DNA from: Faecalibacterium prausnitzii
Lineage (GTDB): Bacteria; Bacillota_I; Bacilli_A; RFN20; CAG-826
DNA: 38,158 nucleotides
Assembly: GCA_963611905.1 (NCBI GenBank)
Contig: CAVDTI010000109.1
Span: 1 to 38,158 of the forward strand
Reading direction: 5' to 3'
Below, piece by piece: positions 25,458-33,735 of the stretch (position 1 is the first letter of the stretch; each line of letters begins with the position of its first letter). Both the position numbers and the translations under genes were made by a program. A model generated the notes under the pieces. The model was not told the origin of the DNA. It saw nothing but the letters and a program-made list of their open reading frames with translations, and did no database searches.

Positions 25458-27734
25458 TTATTCAATACTGATAGATTTGCATTTCACAATTTCGCCACTG
25501 CCTTCGCCGCTGTCATCGCTTTCAAAGACAAGCAATCCTTTTTTGCCATTTAAAGAATATGATGAGAGATCGAAGGTGAGAGTAACAAATTCTCCGCTTT
25601 GGAAGAGATAATATCCATATTTATCAATTTTGGATTTATCCCATTCATTTGCGACCAAATTAATGGAAGAAGCACCACGCTTATTGTTTGGATCCTCCAA
25701 ATAGAGCCTAACTCTCAAATTAACGTCTGATGAAGCGGAACCAGATTTAGCAACCATTGTTATCTTTTTCTCTGAACCATCCCAGTTTTTCATCGCATAA
25801 GCGTAGGCATTAGGAATGTAATCATCTCTATCATCAAGATCGGATCCGTCTAAATAAATACCGTCACTTGTGTATTTGGCGCTATCGTATTGGAGGCCAC
25901 CGCACCCAAGCGTCCAGTCAGTTTGTTCTCCAGTTGAGAAATCCCAACTCTTTTTATCTGTAACTGGCGTATCCTTAACATCGTTCCAATAGAATGGATC
26001 AGTCTCAATATCACATAATTCGCTATCTTTATAGGAGGCTGGGGTGTGATCAAGTACCTCCTCAACATCTTCATGTTTTACATTCTCCGTTATCAAATCG
26101 ATGAATTCGCCTGCATTGACAACCTCAACGTGGTCATCAAGTTGTTCGATAAAACGATTGATGTATTCCATCGTACCAATAGACCATGCGTGGCATACAA
26201 CAGCTGAATAAGCATCGATAGATGTAATATCGGTAGAACGATCGTTAATACGCTGAGCTACGCGTTCGGTATATCCATAATATTTGGCAACCGAAGATCC
26301 CGAAACTCTCCAAAGAGTATCACGGAAACAGACAAATGGCTTATCATTGCTCCAATGAACGCTTCCAGCACCAGCATCTCCTCCTTGGACGTAATAATCG
26401 CTAACACTCCAAAGACCGCCTTTAATGTTGTCGTATTGAGTGAAATAATCCAAATAATCAGAAGTTACATAATTATCAATAAAATTGAGAACGCTTAAAC
26501 CAGATTTTTCGCAATATCCAGCAGTTTTTGCAGCATAATCAGCCATGGCATTTGCGTTATAATCATTAACATTGACATAGCCAAATCCTGAAGGACCGCA
26601 GATGAAATCATCTTTTTCAGTGGCTTTATCATAAATGGATTCCATGACGTAAGGGGCTACATCGCTTAATGCAGGAGCCATCGTCCAGTTCATCTTGAAC
26701 TTCCCACGATACTTCGATCCATAATATTTACTATCAGTTTCAAAACCTCTTTGAAGCCATTGAACGTTATCACCATCTGACATAACAATAGTGACATAAT
26801 GTTTGCCTTTTTCGGCTTTAACCGTTGATTTAACACGATTGGCAGGCTCTAAATCTTTGTTTATATCTTCTGCTGCCATGAAGGAAAGATTACCACTCCA
26901 ATCTGAAGCAATTGTCACCATTGAATAATTGGAATTGTAGCCAACAAAATCTCCTTCAGATTCAGTCCAGCCAAAAACTGGGCAATTTGAGCACGTCCAT
27001 TCAGATATCTCTTTACGGAGTTCATCAGTGAGATATTCAACATACGTGCACAAAGCAACACCGCTAATGCCGTAATCTCTTAAAGGAAGAGATGTTGGAG
27101 ACTGGTTGATAAGATAGGTGTTGTTTAAATATTGCTTATAATTATGGAAAACTACTTCATCGCTCAAACTTGAAGCATCGGCACCAAGTTTAAAACCTGC
27201 CGCTAAACACTGACTGACAAGGCTATTTTCTACCATAATCCATTGCTCAACACCAGATATAGTGGCGGCTCGATTGATGGAGTTGTCATATCTGTCACCT
27301 TTGTCGGTGGAGGTATATGTCACGAACTTTTTATTCACAACGGCAGTTTTGAATTTATCAAGAAGCTCCCACGAATCATCGATTGAGGTAAGCGTAAAGC
27401 CAAGCTTCTTGCTCATCTCAGAGATTGTTTCATCTTTCTCACCCATTCCAGAGATGAAGATAGTTGCTTTTTCCTGAGCCAAAATCCCTTGCAAGGATTG
27501 GATCATCACGAATTCCGATGTAGTCATCGAACTTCTCGGAATCACATAACAAGTTGAAGCGTAACCATCAGGTTTATAAAAAGCTCCTTCTTTTATTTTC
27601 TCTACTGGCGCATCGTTATTTTTTGAGCTCGACGTATCGTCTTCTGCACCACTTTTGCTTGATGTTTCATTTGAAGCACACGAAGCAAGCATAGTGCCTA
27701 GTAGTAAGAGCAAAAAGGTAGTTTTCTTTTTCAT
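25458..27734 (-). CDS. Surface lipoprotein with a GxGYxYP-type putative glycoside hydrolase domain and a C-terminal beta-sandwich module
   Basis: 758 aa with lipobox LASC. The core HYVTIVMSDGDNVQWL...FICGPSGFGYVNV is paralogous to the 511-aa protein at 32099-33628. The C-terminal module carries TLTFDLSSYSLNG. Confidence 0.7.
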   Translation of the reverse strand: MKKKTTFLLLLLGTMLASCASNETSSKSGAEDDTSSSKNNDAPVEKIKEGAFYKPDGYASTCYVIPRSSMTTSEFVMIQSLQGILAQEKATIFISGMGEKDETISEMSKKLGFTLTSIDDSWELLDKFKTAVVNKKFVTYTSTDKGDRYDNSINRAATISGVEQWIMVENSLVSQCLAAGFKLGADASSLSDEVVFHNYKQYLNNTYLINQSPTSLPLRDYGISGVALCTYVEYLTDELRKEISEWTCSNCPVFGWTESEGDFVGYNSNYSMVTIASDWSGNLSFMAAEDINKDLEPANRVKSTVKAEKGKHYVTIVMSDGDNVQWLQRGFETDSKYYGSKYRGKFKMNWTMAPALSDVAPYVMESIYDKATEKDDFICGPSGFGYVNVNDYNANAMADYAAKTAGYCEKSGLSVLNFIDNYVTSDYLDYFTQYDNIKGGLWSVSDYYVQGGDAGAGSVHWSNDKPFVCFRDTLWRVSGSSVAKYYGYTERVAQRINDRSTDITSIDAYSAVVCHAWSIGTMEYINRFIEQLDDHVEVVNAGEFIDLITENVKHEDVEEVLDHTPASYKDSELCDIETDPFYWNDVKDTPVTDKKSWDFSTGEQTDWTLGCGGLQYDSAKYTSDGIYLDGSDLDDRDDYIPNAYAYAMKNWDGSEKKITMVAKSGSASSDVNLRVRLYLEDPNNKRGASSINLVANEWDKSKIDKYGYYLFQSGEFVTLTFDLSSYSLNGKKGLLVFESDDSGEGSGEIVKCKSISIE

Positions 27735-27746
27735 TTTGTTTTCCTC

Positions 27747-28646
27747 CTATTTGATGCCTGAAAAATTCAAACCGCCGACAAATTTCTTTTGACAGCAAAA
27801 ATAAACAACCAAAACCGGAATGAGAGAAATGATTAAAGAAGCGGCTTTGTATACCGTTTCTCCCCAATCGCTCGAACCGGCGAAATTATAAAGTTTGAGT
27901 TGAATTGTAAACATACTACTGTCACCAGTGATAAGCATTGGCCAAAGATAGTCGTTCCACTGAGCAACAAAATTAAGTACAACGTATGTTGATATTACAG
28001 GAAAGCAAAGAGGTAAGACGATGTGGAAGAGGGTTTTTAACTCGTTCGCACCATCCAATTTGGCACTTTCTAAACAAGCGTCTGGAATTGAATCCATAAA
28101 GGCTTTTACCAAGAATATTCCTGTTACATTTACAATGCCTGGCAAAATCAGACCAGCGTATGAGCTTGTCCATCCTAAAGAAGAGACAAGTTGATAGTTG
28201 GTTACCATAAGTATTTCTCCTGGCACCATCATGGTAATAAGCAAACACCAAACAACGACGTTTTTTCCTTTGAATTTCTTTTTTGCCAAGACATAGCCCA
28301 TAAGAAGAATTATTACCGAAGAAAGAAGAATAAAGCCAAAAGCAACAATCAATGTATTTTTGATGCCTTCTAACAATTCGCCTTCAACAAAAGCCTCGGC
28401 ATAGTTTGCAAAGCATAATTCAACAGGGAAAAAGTAGATTTTGCCATATTCTGGATAAAAACCTTCGACTGGTTGAAGTGAAGTAACAAACTGGAGATAA
28501 AAAGGGAAAACTTGAGCAAAGGCGATTATAGAAAGAACTACAATTATGACAATCGTCACAATCGTGCTGCTGACCTTATCTTTCTTTATTTTCTCTTTTG
28601 CCTCTCTATTGGCGATTTTTATTTGAAGTTCCTTATTATCAATCAT
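27747..28646 (-). CDS. Carbohydrate ABC transporter permease (MalG/UgpE type)
   Basis: 299 aa, 6 TM, with the EAA loop ESAKLDGANELKTLFHIVLPL. Confidence 0.9.
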   Translation of the reverse strand: MIDNKELQIKIANREAKEKIKKDKVSSTIVTIVIIVVLSIIAFAQVFPFYLQFVTSLQPVEGFYPEYGKIYFFPVELCFANYAEAFVEGELLEGIKNTLIVAFGFILLSSVIILLMGYVLAKKKFKGKNVVVWCLLITMMVPGEILMVTNYQLVSSLGWTSSYAGLILPGIVNVTGIFLVKAFMDSIPDACLESAKLDGANELKTLFHIVLPLCFPVISTYVVLNFVAQWNDYLWPMLITGDSSMFTIQLKLYNFAGSSDWGETVYKAASLIISLIPVLVVYFCCQKKFVGGLNFSGIK

Positions 28647-28648
28647 AA

Positions 28649-29617
28649 TTAAAATCCCTTATTGTTGCCTGAAGCTTTTCTTTGCAGTATTGAGAAACAA
28701 ACGATGATAATCGTTGTTATTACACCAATAGCGCAAGCATAGGCCATTTCATTATTGAGAATGTTCTGATAGAGATATAAAACTACCGTTATCGTAGCGT
28801 TATCAGGACCCCCAGCAATGAGTGGGTTATCAGCTATAAGTTGCATAGGGCCCATAATACGAACTCCCGAAATAATGGATAAAATTACATTGTAATTAAT
28901 GGCTTTCATTATAGATGGGACGTAGATATTCTTAAAAATTGATATGCCCCTTGCTCCATCGATTTTTGCAGCCTCAATTTGATTTTGATCAACGCCTTTA
29001 AGAGCAACATAATAAATGACAAGTTGAGATGAAAATCCAAGTAAAAGTGGCATGATCATCAAAGTTATAAGAGCTAAAGATTTATCGTTGTACCATGCTA
29101 ATTTATCTCCGCCAAAAGCCATAATGATTTGATTCATAAGACCACTATCTGAAGGAGAGAAAATTTGCTTCGTTATCTCAGTCGAGGCCACGGATGACAC
29201 CAATGTCGGCCAAAAAAGTAACGTTAAGAATAGTTTTTGTCCTCTTTTCATTTTTGTGATGAGATAGGCAAAAAGCAAACCGAGCACATTATTGGCAATG
29301 GTCATAGAAACCGTCCAAATGAAAGTATTCTTCAAAGAGGCCAAAAAAGTCTCATCATGGAAAAGACGTACATAATTATCAAAAGTGAAGAAAACACTAA
29401 TATCACTAACGTCTAATGTTAAATCGGTGAAAGAGAAATATATCGCTCTCACAAAAGCATAGACAAAGAAAATCCCCCACCATAGCATCGGAAAAAGAAT
29501 CATCAAGTACGATGTTTTGTCCTCACGGGAGAAAAATCTTTTTTTCTTCAGCAAAGCATTTCTATCGATATCTCGATAATTTAAATCATAGACGATGGAG
29601 AGATCTTTCTTTTTCAT
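28649..29617 (-). CDS. Carbohydrate ABC transporter permease (MalF/UgpA type)
   Basis: 322 aa, 6 TM, with the EAA loop EAAKIDGARGISIFKNIYVP. Confidence 0.9.
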   Translation of the reverse strand: MKKKDLSIVYDLNYRDIDRNALLKKKRFFSREDKTSYLMILFPMLWWGIFFVYAFVRAIYFSFTDLTLDVSDISVFFTFDNYVRLFHDETFLASLKNTFIWTVSMTIANNVLGLLFAYLITKMKRGQKLFLTLLFWPTLVSSVASTEITKQIFSPSDSGLMNQIIMAFGGDKLAWYNDKSLALITLMIMPLLLGFSSQLVIYYVALKGVDQNQIEAAKIDGARGISIFKNIYVPSIMKAINYNVILSIISGVRIMGPMQLIADNPLIAGGPDNATITVVLYLYQNILNNEMAYACAIGVITTIIIVCFSILQRKASGNNKGF

Positions 29618-30883
29618 TTATTTGTCCAATTTACGGTCAGTTTCATTTTGGCATTCTTCTTGGCAAGAAGCGATCGCTTGCGCGATAGTTTCTTCGCTAG
29701 AAGCTGTTACGCATTTATAAAGCATTGTTACAAGTTTCTTCTCCATGAAAGGCCAAATTGGCGTCGCTGGACGAGGAGTAACGTGCTCTAATTGCGAAGC
29801 ATAGATAGATAAGTATTTATCGCCAGTGTAATAGGCGTCGCCAAGAGCTTCCTTTGTTACAGGAAATAAACTGCCGGCTTTAGCAAAATTCAATTGGCTA
29901 TCTTTATCAGTGCAAAGATATTTAGCAAACTTGTAAGCCTCATTAACACAAGAGGATTTTTGCGCAACCGCAAGAGAATAAAGACCCAAGCCAGAATATC
30001 CTGTTCCGCCATCTTTAAGAGGAAGCATCTCACTAATACCTAACTCAACAGCGTTATAATTGATCTTACTAAGATTCCAAGAGCCCATCTCAATAAAGGC
30101 GCATTTGCCATTATAAAATTTGCCTTCCTCGTATTCATTCTGCGAAGCAAATTTGGATAACTTTATCCATTCATTAATTGCAGCCTTAACCTCTGTGGAG
30201 TCAATCTTGATGGTTTTGCAATCATCCGACACTAAGCTACCACCCAAACGTGAGACATAACTCACGAATTCCATTGCGGAGAAAGTTGAATTGATTGGCT
30301 GAGCAAAAGCAACTTCTGAACTTTCACAACTATTTTTTATTTTTGTAAGATCAGCAAGGAATTCATTATATGTTGTTGGTGCTGTATTAATGCCATATTT
30401 TTTGAGCATTGTCATATTGTACATAAGGGCAACCGTATTAGCGGACATCGGAAGAGCATACGCTTTCCCCAAATATGAATTCGCGTTATAGATGTTTTCT
30501 GGGACCAAAGTTTTAACCTCTTCATCCGCACCAAGCGAAGAAAGATCGGCAAGCTGTCCCTCATTAGCAAGAGATTGAACGTATACGTGATCAATAATTG
30601 CAATATCTGGGCGTGATTTGTTGTCATTTAGGGCAACTTGATAAGCTTGATAAAGATCAAGTCCAGATTTCTTTACGATTTTTATTGTGCAATTTGGATT
30701 TTCCGCCTCAAATTTCTCCTTGGCGTTTTGGAGAACTTTCAAGTAATCCGTATTTGATGGCCACCAAACGGTGATGGTCTTATTCTCGGATCCGCCACTT
30801 TCGTCTCCTGTTTTATGATTACAACTAGCCAATGTTGATGAAAGTAATAACGGAAGGATGAATAATTTGAATTTGTTCTTCAT
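29618..30883 (-). CDS. Carbohydrate ABC transporter substrate-binding lipoprotein
   Basis: 421 aa with lipobox LASC. Its layout is that of a family-1 extracellular solute-binding protein. It is the first gene of a six-gene minus-strand operon (30883 down to 22502). Confidence 0.85.
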   Translation of the reverse strand: MKNKFKLFILPLLLSSTLASCNHKTGDESGGSENKTITVWWPSNTDYLKVLQNAKEKFEAENPNCTIKIVKKSGLDLYQAYQVALNDNKSRPDIAIIDHVYVQSLANEGQLADLSSLGADEEVKTLVPENIYNANSYLGKAYALPMSANTVALMYNMTMLKKYGINTAPTTYNEFLADLTKIKNSCESSEVAFAQPINSTFSAMEFVSYVSRLGGSLVSDDCKTIKIDSTEVKAAINEWIKLSKFASQNEYEEGKFYNGKCAFIEMGSWNLSKINYNAVELGISEMLPLKDGGTGYSGLGLYSLAVAQKSSCVNEAYKFAKYLCTDKDSQLNFAKAGSLFPVTKEALGDAYYTGDKYLSIYASQLEHVTPRPATPIWPFMEKKLVTMLYKCVTASSEETIAQAIASCQEECQNETDRKLDK

Positions 30884-30952
30884 AAAAACTCCAGTGCTCT
30901 TTAAAGCTATTCTTCTAGGATAGTTTATTTCTTAACGCTTAAAAACGCAATT

Positions 30953-30969
30953 AAAAAAACCGTTTTTTT
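30953..30969. promoter_or_regulatory. Candidate LacI-family operator AAAAAAACCGTTTTTTT (odd palindrome)
   Basis: Perfect AAAAAAC-C-GTTTTTT symmetry between a candidate promoter (minus strand TTGTTT-N17-TATATA, 30993-31021) and the SBP gene. The same 17-mer occurs at 33669-33685. Confidence 0.5.
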
Positions 30970-31067
30970 GTAAGGGCTTACTTAAAAGTGCTTATATACG
31001 GTTTAGAAAAACTAAAAACAAGAGTTTTTTAATCAATTTGTTTGACGGCAAAATCATTCATGAATAT

Positions 31068-31095
31068 ATAAAGAAAAGCTCAGTTAGACTGAGCT
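31068..31095 (-). terminator. Rho-independent terminator after the LacI-family gene
   Basis: The minus strand reads AGCTCAG-TCTAA-CTGAGCT followed by TTTCTTT. Confidence 0.7.
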
Positions 31096-31113
31096 AGATA
31101 TATCTTTTATGTA

Positions 31114-32112
31114 TTATTCTTCAAATTTGAACGAATCGTTAATGTGCAACTTGCTTCTGATGAGCACATTATTAGGAGAGCCATCATTCATAATTTCTCT
31201 AAGTTGAATGGAGGCTTGAAGAGCTAATTGGTCATAATCCTGTTCAGCATAAGACAAAGAAACATCAAAAGAATCTAGGTCTTTTTTTGATGAACCTAAA
31301 GCAAAAACAAACACGTCTTTGCCGACAACAAGATTTTTGCTTTTAATTGCTTGATAAACGCCTTTTGCAATAATAGATGAGCCGACAATAAATGCGTTAT
31401 AACCCTTTTCCAAGGATAGCGATGCATGGTAAAAGCCTTCTTCCACAGAGGAATTTTCAGTGTAAAAAGAAGCGTGTAAAAGGGGATTTTTCTCATTAAT
31501 TGCTTTATTGAAACCTTTTTCACGATCTTTTGAGATCGTTAGGGATTTATTAGAATTGATAAGGCATATCTTATCTCCGCCATTATCAATCATTTTGCCA
31601 GCAATATACTCACATAAAGCCTCGTTATCAGTGTCCACGCATGTTATTTTATCTGAATCGGTAGAACCAATAACAACGAAGGGTATGGAATTAAGTTCCA
31701 TTTCTGAAATACGTGTATCCATAAGAGTTGGTCCAACTAAAATTGCTCCATCAATTGGAGATTGACCTTTCTTCAATTTATCCGCTACTTCTTTCTCTTC
31801 TGGCCCAAAATAGAGCAAGACATCTACATCATAATCGCTCCAATAAGTAACGATCGTGCGAATAACATCATTATAGAAAGTATGGTATCTTCTTGTTGAG
31901 GTTTCCAAGAATATGCCAATTATATTTGTCTTTATATCATTGACATTTCCCAAAACCGAAGCGTAAAAGTTAGGAGAATAGTTAAATTCTTTGCAGACTT
32001 TGAGTACTTTTTCTCTGATTGGCTCAGAAACGTATCTTTTGCCTGATAGAACATTACTTACTGTAGACTTTGCTACACCCGCTTTTTCCGCAATATCATT
32101 AATTGAAGCCAT
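31114..32112 (-). CDS. LacI-family transcriptional regulator
   Basis: 332 aa with the N-terminal HTH INDIAEKAGVAKSTVSNVLSG and a periplasmic-binding-protein-like sugar-sensing domain. It overlaps the upstream gene by 14 nt. Confidence 0.9.
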   Translation of the reverse strand: MASINDIAEKAGVAKSTVSNVLSGKRYVSEPIREKVLKVCKEFNYSPNFYASVLGNVNDIKTNIIGIFLETSTRRYHTFYNDVIRTIVTYWSDYDVDVLLYFGPEEKEVADKLKKGQSPIDGAILVGPTLMDTRISEMELNSIPFVVIGSTDSDKITCVDTDNEALCEYIAGKMIDNGGDKICLINSNKSLTISKDREKGFNKAINEKNPLLHASFYTENSSVEEGFYHASLSLEKGYNAFIVGSSIIAKGVYQAIKSKNLVVGKDVFVFALGSSKKDLDSFDVSLSYAEQDYDQLALQASIQLREIMNDGSPNNVLIRSKLHINDSFKFEE

Positions 32113-33628
32113 TCATCGTTTCCTCTGTATTAGATTTTATGTTTTTTCTCATCAAAGAAATCAATTGCTCAATTCCTAAGATTTGTACATTTTCATCTAA
32201 TAGTTTAACCAATTTATCTAGGTCATCACAAGTGGTAGACCAAGGATGAACGTTTATGACGCTATAACCATCCTCGCTATGAGGTGCTATAGGCAATGAG
32301 TTTATCAAAGCTGCTAGCCTTAGAATTAATTGGTCTTTGTTTGTCTTTTCCTCTTCTTTGCTCTCAAAAATATTCCAAAGGGAGGCTTTTACTGAAATAA
32401 ATGGTTTATCATCGATCCAGAATATTTTCCCTTTTCCGCCTTCATATTTAATCGGATCTATCTCATATACACCGCCTATTATGTTCTGATGCTTAGCATA
32501 AGTTGATAAAACGAAATTAACATTTTCTTCATTCATATCCTTAAGATTGTCCAGAAGCATAACAACATTAATCCCCATCAAAGAGAGATATTCACTCGTT
32601 TTTTTTGTATAAAAAGGCAAGTGTTCTTTAGGGAAAACGCAAGGATTCATATATCCGTATCCCGAAACTCCACAAATGAAATCCTCATTAGTGGCATGAT
32701 CATAAATATATTCAAGGCATTTTGGATTTAAGTCGATAAGCGCTGGACTTACTGACATTGTTAAAGGATAGTTCCTCTTTACTGTTGCAAAATTTTTATA
32801 AAAAGAACAGAAACAAAATTCTCTTTCAAGCCATTGAATATTGTCTCCATCACTAACTACAAACGAGACATAATGCTTATTCGGTTTAATCTCTTCGACA
32901 TGCTTTTTTCTTTCAACTTTTTTTGGTGAAAAAGTTCCGAAAAATGAATGATTCGAGCTCCAATCCATCGGAATAATAGCATCGCCGTACTTAGATATCT
33001 GGCTAACAAAAGAGATTTCATCACTCGTCCATCCGTATATACATATGCCTTTGTCTAAATAAGAAAGAACTTCATCCAAGAAACGCCTTTGTTCTTCGCT
33101 TTCATCAACATAAAGAACAAACCATTTATTCGTTATAGAAAAATCGAGTAATGAGATAAGGAAATTATCATCACTTCTCGCAATAGGCTGATGAATTAAG
33201 CCGTTTTTGGCCAATTTATCTCTATATTTATCAAAGGCGTATTTTTGAATTTCTAAATTATCTAGCCCAAGTTTAGTTAGATCCTCAAGCAATAAGAGTT
33301 TTTCTTTTACAAGATATTCTAGAGTATCAGGGACAGCTAAAGCGCCAGTAGCAGCTGCAATAGAAAAAGCAGCATTGATCTCGGTAGATTTTGAATCCAA
33401 GTGATATAAAACATAATGGGACAAAGACGACATGAACATATTAACAACGCTCATGAAGTCAACCGAGTCAAGCTCATATTTGGATCTATCTATATATTCA
33501 AGATAATGATCCACATCTAGAAGCAAGGTTTGTTCTTTTTTGTTCACTAAACCTTGTAAACACGTAAAGAAGGCAAGTTCTTCGTAAGTGAGTTTATTTC
33601 TGCTCACATAAAATATCTGTTTTTTCAT
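32099..33628 (-). CDS. Cytoplasmic GxGYxYP-type putative glycoside hydrolase (paralog of the 25458-27734 core)
   Basis: No signal peptide. HYVSFVVSDGDNIQWL...FICGVSGYGYMNP aligns by eye with the lipoprotein paralog. The ATG at 33628 (MKKQIF) is preferred over the TTG at 33634. Confidence 0.7.
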   Translation of the reverse strand: MKKQIFYVSRNKLTYEELAFFTCLQGLVNKKEQTLLLDVDHYLEYIDRSKYELDSVDFMSVVNMFMSSLSHYVLYHLDSKSTEINAAFSIAAATGALAVPDTLEYLVKEKLLLLEDLTKLGLDNLEIQKYAFDKYRDKLAKNGLIHQPIARSDDNFLISLLDFSITNKWFVLYVDESEEQRRFLDEVLSYLDKGICIYGWTSDEISFVSQISKYGDAIIPMDWSSNHSFFGTFSPKKVERKKHVEEIKPNKHYVSFVVSDGDNIQWLEREFCFCSFYKNFATVKRNYPLTMSVSPALIDLNPKCLEYIYDHATNEDFICGVSGYGYMNPCVFPKEHLPFYTKKTSEYLSLMGINVVMLLDNLKDMNEENVNFVLSTYAKHQNIIGGVYEIDPIKYEGGKGKIFWIDDKPFISVKASLWNIFESKEEEKTNKDQLILRLAALINSLPIAPHSEDGYSVINVHPWSTTCDDLDKLVKLLDENVQILGIEQLISLMRKNIKSNTEETMNGFN

Positions 33629-33636
33629 ATGCAAAC

Positions 33637-33646
33637 ATCATACCAC
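33637..33646 (-). promoter_or_regulatory. Extended -10 promoter element TGGTATGAT eight nt upstream of the ATG
   Basis: The minus strand reads GTGGTATGAT-gtttgcat-ATG with no SD, which implies a leaderless or near-leaderless mRNA. Confidence 0.4.
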
Positions 33647-33668
33647 AATTTATTTTTTAAGAAAAACA

Positions 33669-33685
33669 AAAAAAACCGTTTTTTT
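33669..33685. promoter_or_regulatory. Candidate LacI-family operator AAAAAAACCGTTTTTTT in the divergent control region
   Basis: Identical to the 17-mer at 30953-30969. It lies between the divergent GxGYxYP-lacI and GH38-HAD transcription units and overlaps a candidate -35 (TTATTT-N17-TAGAAT) for GH38. Confidence 0.5.
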
Positions 33686-33735
33686 ATTTCCATTTTTATG
33701 CAACAATAGAATAAAAGAAATTGAGGCATCTTAAA

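Noticed and set aside
33721-33735. TTG start for GH38 (MRHLK...), and likewise TTG starts at 5336, 33634, 19064 and 38123
   Set aside because: The ORF track treats TTG as Met. Downstream ATGs with better context exist at 33736 (GAGG SD), 5351 and 33628. The TTG at 38123 is internal to a frame that stays open to the window edge.
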